Below, one piece after another: positions 34,721 to 44,130 of a DNA stretch of 64,000 nt; the stretch's first letter is position 1, and each line of letters starts with the position of its first letter. Made by a program: the position numbers and the translations under genes. Under the pieces are notes generated by a model, which was not told where the DNA came from, made no database searches, and worked only from the letters and a program-made list of their open reading frames with translations. Source of the DNA: the human T2T-CHM13v2.0 reference genome, Homo sapiens; the NCBI RefSeq assembly GCF_009914755.1, contig NC_060930.1; one strand, written 5' to 3'.

Positions 34721-37184
34721 GGTTAAAAGAAGGCACTCATGCCTCTATGTTGTACAAAAACAAATACTTTCCTTTTCACTATTCTATTGGGTCACTAATC
34801 ATAGGAAAGACCCGTATTGTCACAATTAGGTACCACTGTGAAACTCTAAAAAACCACTCTATAGAATGAGAGAAATCTGAGTAATGGCTACCCAAATAAA
34901 CAATTTATAGATCTAAGGACCCAGTCCCAATGTATGTTTTCTTTTTTACTTCCATCCTACATCTACCTTAAGTCCAAACCAGAATTATCCACTCTGCATT
35001 ACTGGCTCCTGGGAAATTAGGATCTCTCTCTGTCTTAGATTCCTGTCATACTCCATCAGTGACCCTTAGATTTCTGATGCCACTGCTCAGAGGTCTTTTT
35101 ATGAGGCTGTTTTTTGGGGCGGTGGGGGGTGTTGGCCTTAATCTGGAATGGCAACTGTATTTCTCATCAAGTGCCAACTCTGACATATTAATAGCAGCTG
35201 TCTGAAACATTGTTTGAGAAGGATTCTGAAGCTGTTTCCTGGCTTAGCAAGACAAACGCCATAATTGATTAGTGGTCTACTGTGGGTACAAGAAGGAAGA
35301 GTGTTAGCTTATGTGCTGTGTATTTGCTGACCCTGTGAAATCAACTGGAATTGCTATGATCAAACAGATGTAGAGCAAGACCACAAATGCCTACTCCATG
35401 CAAAAAATTACATAGAAATATAACTACTCTGATGTGTAATAATGAGTATCAGCAATAATCACTTCTTCATAAACAAACTCCATCTGCTTAAAATATAAGC
35501 ATAAGTTTTGTGATTCAAAAAGCAAATAAATACATAAGAACATAAGAATTGCCTTGAAAGTTTGTAATAACAGAGCCTGTATATCTATGTATCTAAGTAC
35601 CTGAAGACGCTTTTAACCTTCAGGTGAACTAGGATAGATGCCATCTATCCTTGATTTTGCCTCTTTTAGGAACTTGGCCAGACTTTCTTGCAGACACAAT
35701 CTTCTCAGAACAGAATCCAGGCAGGTGAATTTTAGGGATGCCAACTGTGGCTTTTGACAAATTCCAGATGTCACTACTGTGGCTATAGTGTGGCATCTGC
35801 TAAAAGTATTCCATTTCTTTACAAGATATCATCTTACTGGCATAATCAACGCGTAAGGAAGAAGACGGGGAGGTGAAAGAGAAGGAGAATAAGGAGGAGA
35901 AGGAAATTGTGAAAGCAGGAGGAGGACATGGGGAAAGAAGAAATAGGAGATGAAGAAAAGAAAAGGTGTAAGAAATAAAGAAGGATGCAAGTCGTTTCTG
36001 GAGATTTGAGCCAGTCTGCGTTTCTCCTTGCTTGGCAGAAAGCATAGATATAACTGTATATTTCCTGAGAATGTATTCTTGTGACTATTTGCTCTACAGT
36101 GACACACCACTGTTTAGCAGTGATACAAGCTGGCAATATATCCCTTTAAATCACATTCTGTTGATGAAATAGAAGAACTTTCAGCTTATTTGAGAATGGA
36201 ACCCAAGCACTGACAAGAACACTCACTGGTTCCTTTGTGAATTTGCCTTTTTGTCATTTTGCCTGAGAGTTATACTGTGAAGAAGTAGACACAGGAAAGC
36301 AAGAGATGCCTGGGGCTGATAAATCTGGCTCTAAATACAATATTGTGAAGAGATTGAAACAAAAGAAAAACAGAACCAGAAAAGACTCATATAGAATTTG
36401 TTTTCTTGGGAACAAAAGAATACTTAGTGCTTACAAACAAATAAATATATTTGCAGCACAATATTCACAAAAATGTGGCTCTAAGGAATTCTGACAATAT
36501 AATCACAAGTAACATTAATGAGAAATAAGTGGGGCAGAAATATATATAAATGGAGAATTTTATAGTTTACAAAGCATTTATAAGCATTTGACTTCATTCG
36601 TCAGCCTACAAACATGATGTAGAAATGATAAAACAATACAAAGCAGAAATGATGCTAGTTATTGCTTTACTGCTGCAGGGCAAAGGTCACAGTGAGAATA
36701 ACCTTGCTCCCTACACCCCGACAAAACCTAAAAATATCAAAAGGGATGTTTAAACCTTGCTTTAAAGTAAGAAGAAAAAGAAACATACAGGAAAGCAGGA
36801 AACATTCTAAAACAAATGATTAAATGAATGGCTTTGTAGGATTTAGATTAAGAAAATGATGATTATTAGGAATCAGTATGAATTCCTTAAGAGTAAGTCT
36901 TGAAAAATTACTCCCTATAAAACTGATAGATTTGAATTCTATAATTCCACAAGCAAGGCAGCATTCTGTGATCTTCCCCTGGGACAAAAAGAGAAATACG
37001 GTATTTAAGACAATCAAACTCTAAGTTATATATTAACTCTCTTCTATAAAATAAATAAATCACACCGTTAAATGTTCTGTCTCCAAAAACTTTTAAATCT
37101 AGAATCCTGATGATTCAAAATCACCAGCTTATCACAATATGTCCTTGATTTTTTAATCTTGTTATTAACTGAATAAAGATACAA

Positions 37185-38065
37185 TCATGTTTATGAAATT
37201 TATAGATGACAGGTGATGTAAAAATAACAATGTTGAATATTAGATTTACATTTTAAAATGATCTCAAGTTGTTCAACTAATTGGAATAACCTGTACTTTC
37301 TGGTAATCTCAGGGCATAACGAAGACTGCCACAATGCTGACCTCAAAAAGTATTTGTTGAAACAATGAATGAATAAATGAATGAATGGATCAAAACGAAC
37401 AAGGTAAAATTTATCAAATAAAATTAATTTTTTCAGCTACAGAATAGACTAAACCTGGTTTGATGGCAATTTAGATAAATACCAGACAGGTACATTCATT
37501 ACAGTTCAGTTTAGGCCAAGAGTCCAATTAACAAGTGTAAAATATCTAACAAAATTAATTTCACTGTCTCTTATCTGTTCCAGTCAGACTACATGCAAAA
37601 TACAAAATTCCTTCTGGACATTACTTTTTAAAATTGACACTGGCAAACTAGAGTTCAACAACTTTATTCTGATTGGGCAGCCAAAATATTAAGAGGTCTG
37701 GCAATCTTGTGAGGAGATATAAATTGAAGTATCTGGGATGCTTAACTTAAAAAAAGAAAACAGGAGGGACATACTTCAGATATTTGGAGGGCTGTCATAG
37801 GAAAGATATATTACAGTCAGTCTGTTTATCACTTAAGGAAACCATATGGAAGCTACAGGGAAACAGACCTTGCTTTAGCAGTACAAGGAAGAAATTTCTA
37901 AGAGTTACATCTGTCCAAAAACAGATTCATTTACCTTGCTAAAAAGGGAACACTTCATCACCTTAAGGATCCAAGCAAAACTAAATAATCTGCCAGGGGC
38001 TTTGCAAAGAAATTATTGCTGTGTTAGGTAGAACACTAACATAGATATCTTGAAGAGCCTTTCTG
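37185..38065 (+). mobile_element. L3/CR1 LINE fragments
   Basis: CR1-type 3' ORF2 remnants (ttgaagtatctgggatgcttaac; cagatatttggagggctgtcat; ggaagctacagggaaacagac; aaggaagaaatttcta). Confidence 0.65.
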
Positions 38066-38230
38066 GGTTTATTACGCTATTTTTTCTATAGCCTCGGAGG
38101 GTCTTGCTGCCTCCATCTTCAACAGTACCATAACATTTCTTTTCATTAATGTATCTTCTTCCAATTTAATACCTGATGAGGTCTTTGTTCTAAGTCCCAT
38201 TGTTCTTAGTTGCTAACGAGGTAGTCCTTC

Positions 38231-38645
38231 TATGACAGTTAATTTTATGTGTCAGTTTGACTGGGCTAAAGGATGCCCAAATATCTGGTAAAACATTATT
38301 TCTGGGTATGTCTGTGAAGGTGTTTACAGAAGAGACTTGTATCTGAATTGGTAGACTGAGTAAAAAAGACGCTCTCACCCATTTGGGTAGGCATTATACC
38401 ATCCCTTGAGGGCTTGAATGAAACAAAGAGGCAGAGAACAGTGAATTAGCTTTCTGCTTGAGCTGAACAGCCATCTTCTCCTCCTCTCGGACATCAGCAC
38501 TCCTGGTTCACAGACCTTCAAACTCAGACTGAACTACACCACCAACTTCTATGGTTCTCCAGCTTGCAGATCATGGGACTTCTCAGCCTCCATAATCACA
38601 TGGGCCAATTACTATAATCTCTCTGTTACTCTGGAGAATGCTGAC
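38231..38645 (+). mobile_element. MLT2 (ERVL) solo LTR
   Basis: tatgacagttaattttatgtgtcagtttgactgggctaaaggatgccca...ctctggagaatgctgac; final bases displaced by the next LTR. Confidence 0.85.
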
Positions 38646-39076
38646 TGTTCTGTGAAAGGGCCACCATATATGCAAAGTTCCCCCCAAATGCCAGAGGAGC
38701 TGAGAAATCAAAGAATGAGGTAGAAAAATCCAGTTTGTCAGTGATGGAGGTAACTTACAGACGGAAGTGTGGTCTTGGGCAGCAGCAAGACAGGTAGATC
38801 TCTAAACCTGTTACCTCCCAACCCAGAGCTTATATACTACAGTGAAAGGGTATAAGTGCTCTCTATGCAAGATAATTAAAGGCAATCCTCCAGAACAGGC
38901 AACAATGCTATATATTCATCATAGTCTGTAAACTGTGGGATAACATCAAGATTGACATGTTCTTTCTCTAGGGACAGTAAATAAAGTAGGAATCAGGAGG
39001 CATTCATGGGACTGAGGATACTCAAAAATCATTATAGCAGATTAGCATTTAAGGTGGAGTCACTTTTGTCTCCACA
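38646..39076 (-). mobile_element. Solo LTR (LTR47-like), inserted into the MLT2 terminus
   Basis: Minus strand starts TGTGGAGACAAAAGTGACTCCA and ends ...GAACA; family name from memory. Confidence 0.7.
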
Positions 39077-39168
39077 CTAATATGGCTTCTTTATGCTCTT
39101 ACAATCTGACTTCTATTGCAACCATGGCAGGAAAAAAAGAAACAATCCCCTGTTAAAAGTCACAGCCT

Positions 39169-39317
39169 GGCTGGGCACGATGGCTCACACCTGTAAAATC
39201 AGAACTTAAGGAGGCCAAGGTGGGAGAATCACTTGAGGCCAGGAGTTTGAAACCAGCCTGGGCAACAGAGCAAGATCTCATCTCTATTTTTAAAAATAAA
39301 TAAATAAATAAATAAAG
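39169..39317 (+). mobile_element. FLAM_C-type Alu monomer
   Basis: Single left monomer plus (TAAA)n; TSD TAAAAGTCACAGCCT/TAAAAGGCATAGCCT. Confidence 0.85.
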
Positions 39318-40319
39318 TAAAAGGCATAGCCTTTTTGCTGTAATAGCCAGTGGTTCTGCATTATTTTCCTTGTCCTTAACTCTGTAGAGTTATTGTTAAC
39401 TATCCTTCGTCTATAATTTTTTGCTGCTCTAATTACTTTCCTCTTTTTCAGTGGTCTTTTTCCTCTCCTTCTACTCATGAATCATAGTGTTTTCCTAAGG
39501 CACTAATATTTGCTATGTTTGGATGTTCACTACCATTTTTGATTATGGGATTAAAATAATTTTTAAATCCTTCATTACAATAGGATAATGTCAGTGACAC
39601 AATTAACACTATGTCTTGGTAATTTCCCTATGTGACAAACAGTGAATACTGATTTGCTTGACAATACCCAATTGTAGTTACTTAGTTTTATTTTCCTAGT
39701 TGAACCAGGAAAAGTATTTCAAAGTTTACAGTTGTATTTTCTTGACAGACAAGGAAAAAATGCTTCAAATTTTATTTTTTTAAAATTTATCATGGAGGAA
39801 CTTTACCAGATCACACTTGATATGCTATCAGGGTAGCCATCAATTCAAATTATAAATGTGGCAATATTTTATTGCCCTTCATATTTTAAAGTGAGTCTAA
39901 GGATAGTGTCACAAATCATGTACAGAGTGCAGCTGAAGACACCATCAATCCTCCCCCATCATCTACATATCAAAATTCAACTTAAGTTTGTAGACACAAA
40001 CACAACTATTACAATATTTTGTAGAGAATGGAAATTCTATTTCCCAAGTCTACACAAAGCTTGCTCTTCAAAAGAATCTCTCATCTGTTATTAAATAGCC
40101 ACTTGGGATTCTTACCATTATTCTAGGCATGCACTGTATTGATTAAAGCTCTACTTAATATCAGATATCAGCCAACACTGAAATATCCTCCATTCAAATG
40201 CTTATTACCCATTCAAAATAACTGAAAATGTAGTTAGAGTATATGGTTGCTAGGTGGAGATATTTAAGTTATATGATCTCAGAGTCTGAACAAATGTGCA
40301 TCCCATCAAAGGTCTAGAC

Positions 40320-40525
40320 CAGAGCTGTACAATAAAACTTTCTGTGAAGACGAAGATGTTTTTCTAAACTATCCCATATGATAGCCATGAGGCACATGTG
40401 ACTACTGAGAATCTGAAATGTGGCTAGTGCAACTGAAGGACCACATTATCAATTGTATTTAATCTTAATTAATTTAAATGTAAATAGCTTTATATGGCTA
40501 TTGAGTACCATACTGGACGAAACAA
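40320..40525. mobile_element. MER3 (hAT MITE)
   Basis: cagagctgtacaataaaactttctgtg...gaaatgtggctagtgcaactga...; TSD GTCTAGAC/GCCTAGTC. Confidence 0.8.
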
Positions 40526-41616
40526 GCCTAGTCTCTAGAAAATATAACCATGAATTATTCTTATGGTTTCCTTTCTTAGGAATAAATGTAAATGTTAGTA
40601 ATATTAACATAGTACTATTTTACCAAAGTATAATGCTGCACCAAAACATTTACACTGACTTACTCACATAAAGGACATTTATAGAATACAGCAGGTACTA
40701 TGTACTAGTTGTCACGCTAAGTGCTGAGGAACTTTCAGGAGTTCCTTTAGGAGCTCAGGATATTGAGAGATGCAGTAAATAAGTTAATAAACTACAATAT
40801 AACTTTTCTTGCTATTAGAGGCATCTAAATAAAGAAATGTGGAAACACAACATATACAATAACTGTAGGAGTTTAAAAGGTTTCATTGAAGACTTTAAAG
40901 CTGGGATACCATGAAGAAATATGTTACAAAATAATATGCGGGGATGAGGGTCGGGGGCGTGGGGAAGTGGACAGGCAATCCAGTAAAGACATGGGGTCCT
41001 GAAAGGGCTTGGCAAGGCTAGGATACAGCAGACTATTCTCCATGTGTTGTGCAGCGGCAGAGATGTGCAGCTCCAGTCTGACTGTGAGAGTCTTACATAG
41101 GAAGCAAGAAGTTTGGCTGCCAAGTGATCACATACTGCCCTATACTTCCCCTATTGTTAGAATTTCCACACTTTTATTGTAAGTACTTATCTTTTTAATC
41201 TGCTTCATTAGATTTCAAAATTGTTACGGCCAGACCATGTCTTCCTTATCCACCACTGTGCTCCATGGCATCTGATAGAGAATTAATAAATATGTGTTTT
41301 AGGAATGAATGTTTCTGCTTGTTTTGAAGCTTGATGCTCTCTGGAACCACACTACCTACCACCTTCCAAACTACCTCTTTGACTTCTGGTGTTTTCCCTC
41401 TTGGTCCATAATCAGGTAGCCATTGTCATTTTCTAGCAGTACTTAGTGGAAGGTTTTATGACTGAGTTCCTGTCTTTTAAATAAAGCTGGGGAATTTAAT
41501 AGACAATTACGTTTATGGCATTGGATTTGAGTTGCCCACAGTAATGTACTTAGATGGAAAAGAAATTGAAATAGCTCCCCTTTACCAACTCTATCAATAT
41601 ATGATTAAAAGGAATA

Positions 41617-42503
41617 TTTTTATTTTTTAGTTTTTAATTTTTGTAGGTACATAGTAGGTGTATATATTTATGGAGTACATGAAATATTTTGATGCAGGCA
41701 TACAGCATGTAATTATCACATCAGGGTAAATGTGGTATCCATTACCTCAAGCATTTCCTTTGTGTTACAAACAATCCACTTGTACTTTGTTTTTTAAAAT
41801 GTACAATTGAATTATTATTGACTGTACTTCCGGAAAGGTGTCCCAATCCAGACCCCAAGAGAAGGTTTTTGGATTTCATACAAGAAAGAATTGAAAGCAA
41901 ATCCATAAAGTGAAGCAAGTTTATAAAGAAAGCAAAGGAAAAAAAAAATGGCTATTCCATAGGCAGAGCAACGGCTTGAGCTGCTGGCCTAAGGATACCT
42001 ATAGTTATTTCTTGATTACAGCTAAACAAGGGGTGGATTATTCACAAGTTTTCCAAGGAAAGGTGTAGGCAATTCCCAGGGCTGAGAGTTCCTCCCCATT
42101 TTAGACCCATATAAGGTAACTTCCAGACGTTGCCATGGCATCTGTACACTGTCATGGCACTGGTGGGGGTGTCTTTTAACATGATAATGAATTATAATTA
42201 GCATATAATGAGCAGTGAAGACGACCAGAGGTCACTGTATTCATCATCTTGGTTTCTGGTGGGTTTTGGTTGGCTTCACTACTGCAACCTGTTTTATCGG
42301 CAAGGTCTTTATGACTTGTTTTTCCTGCCTGTGGACCTTCTATCTCACTCTGTGACTAACCTCCTGGGAATGCAGCCCAGTAGGTTTCAGCCTTATTTTA
42401 CCCAGCCCCTATTCAAGATGGAGTTGCTCTAGTTCAAACGCCTCTGACAACTAGTCACCCTGCTGTGCTATCAAATACTTGATATTATTCATTCTTTCTA
42501 ACT
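41617..42503 (-). mobile_element. L1MA-type 3' end, split by MER41B
   Basis: ggtacatagtaggtgtatatatttatgg...attattgac | tagtcaccctgctgtgctatcaaatac resumes after the LTR. Confidence 0.8.
41823..42449 (-). mobile_element. MER41B solo LTR (ERV1)
   Basis: Minus strand starts TGTCAGAGGCGTTTGAACTAGAGCAACTCCATCTTGAATAGGGGCTGGG, contains CTCATTATATGCTAATTATAAT and ends GGGTCTGGATTGGGACACCTTTCCGG; about 627 bp. Confidence 0.88.
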
Positions 42504-42531
42504 GGAATAATATTTTTTAAATAGTAAAGAG

Positions 42532-42970
42532 TGAGATACATGAACTCCAAATATCTGAGACAGGTCACAATCAACTCAGAAAGTTTATTTAGCCAAAGTT
42601 AAGAACTTGCATCCATGACATGGCACAGATCCTGACAACATGCGCCCAAGGTGGCTGGGGCACAGCTTGGTTTTACACATTTTAGGGAGACATGGGGCAG
42701 CAATCAATATATGTAAGATAAACATTGGTCTGATCTGGAAAAGCGGGGCAACTCCAAGTGGGGAGGAAGTTCCAAGTCATAGGTAGATAACAGACAGTTG
42801 CATTCTCTTATGAGCCTCTCCAAATGAGGCAATCAGACATGCATTTATCTCAGTGAGCAGAGGGGTGACTTTGAATAGAATGGGAGGCAGGATTCCCTAA
42901 GCAGTTCCCAGTATGACTTTTCCCTTTAGCTTAGTGATTTGGGGGTCCCATGATTTATTTTCAATTCATA
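42532..42970 (-). mobile_element. MER4A1-type solo LTR (ERV1)
   Basis: Minus strand ...AAATAAATCATGGGACCCCCAAATCACTAAGCTAAAGGGAAAAGTCATACTGGGAACTGCTTAGGG. Confidence 0.82.
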
Positions 42971-43479
42971 AGATATAAAAAAGATATAAAAAAGAAAGGT
43001 ACACCTGAGTAAATATCTACTCAACAGGGAAGCAGGATACATGTTCTCTTTGCTTTCCCTGTTTCCTTGATAGCCATGCACCTTATGTTTATATTCCTCA
43101 TTATTTGATGAAGTTAATCATTGCAATAAGAGAAATACGAAAGACTCTAGAACTCTAGACACGAAAGCAATTATACAGCCTTTATGACACGCAAATTTAT
43201 TCACTCTGTAAAAAAAAAGTAATTACTTTCGGTAGGGTCTCCCATGTATCTTCCAAAAGGCAGACTGCTCTGGGTGCATGTAAAAATTAACACGATACCC
43301 TATACAAAAGGGAATGCTCAGAGTTAACAGCTAGAGAAGAGAGGCGCCAATCTTAGACACAGGCTTATTCCTCCGCACCCTCCCCCAAAACAAATGGAGG
43401 ACAGAAGAAAAAAGAAAAGTAGTTAATACAACTATTACTCTACGGAAATATTAGGGGTAGCGCAAACAAAGTTCTGACA

Positions 43480-44130
43480 CTAAACTTTACTGAGCCCTGC
43501 ATCCTGCCCACGACCCCCCCAGAAACACCTACGCACCACTCTCCTAGCCGCCGCAGCCCCGCCAGTCTCGCCGGGAGGAACCCCCAGCGCAGCGGTACAA
43601 CCACGGCACTTCCGCCCGCCCCCCGCGCCTCGGGCGCAAGCGTTTGGTGTGTCTGCGTCGGGGGCGGAGCCTCTTGTCCCTCTGCGCGGCCCGTTCCGCC
43701 TCTCTTCTCCCACCGCCTGTCGGCTGACGTGTCTGCAGTTCCTCCGCGTCTACTGCGAGTCAGGCCGTGATGGCGGACGCCTGGGAAGAGATTAGGCGGT
43801 TGGCGGCCGACTTCCAGCGGGCGCAGTTCGCCGAGGCCACGCAGAGGTGCCCGACCCTCCCTCTCCTTTGTGGAGCCCAAATTAGGCCGTGGGCGGACAC
43901 GCCTGTATCTGGGACTTTAGACCCGCGGCCCTGCATTCCGGGTCTTCTCGCTGCTTGTCACCATTCTCTCCTCCTCCCTCTGTCCCGAGCCTGGATCGCA
44001 GTTCCAAGTCCAAGGCTCGGCGGGAAAGTCCTCAGCCTAGGACGCCCTGGAGCCCCCCAGCCCAGCTGCAGCGAAATGCTGGCGCGCCCCGCCCCACCAT
44101 GGACGGGGCCGGTGATTTCGAGCTGCCTTT
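43480..44130. promoter_or_regulatory. CpG-island, TATA-less promoter of UFL1
   Basis: Sharp switch to GC/CpG-rich sequence spanning exon 1. ETS-type CACTTCCG at 43607-43614, GC boxes (CCGCCC about 43612; GGGGCGGAGC about 43661), TGACGTGTC at 43725-43733, and a CCAAT just upstream at 43347. Confidence 0.9.
43770..43846 (+). CDS. UFL1: UFL1 coding exon 1 ([26 protein letters not shown]), N-terminal helix
   Basis: ATG 43770; donor AG|gtgccc after 43846 (phase 2). Confidence 0.97.

Noticed and set aside
35855-35990. Purine-rich tract with overlapping minus-strand ORFs
   Set aside because: GA-rich low complexity yields spurious F/S/L-rich ORFs; no mirror symmetry strong enough to call H-DNA.
43347-43605. 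ERSE element
   Set aside because: CCAAT (43347) and CCACG (43601) are not 9 nt apart.
43440-43880. 146-aa minus-strand ORF (and other ORFs) across the CpG island
   Set aside because: GC-rich sequence is depleted of stop codons; low-complexity R/G/A peptide; no recognisable homology.
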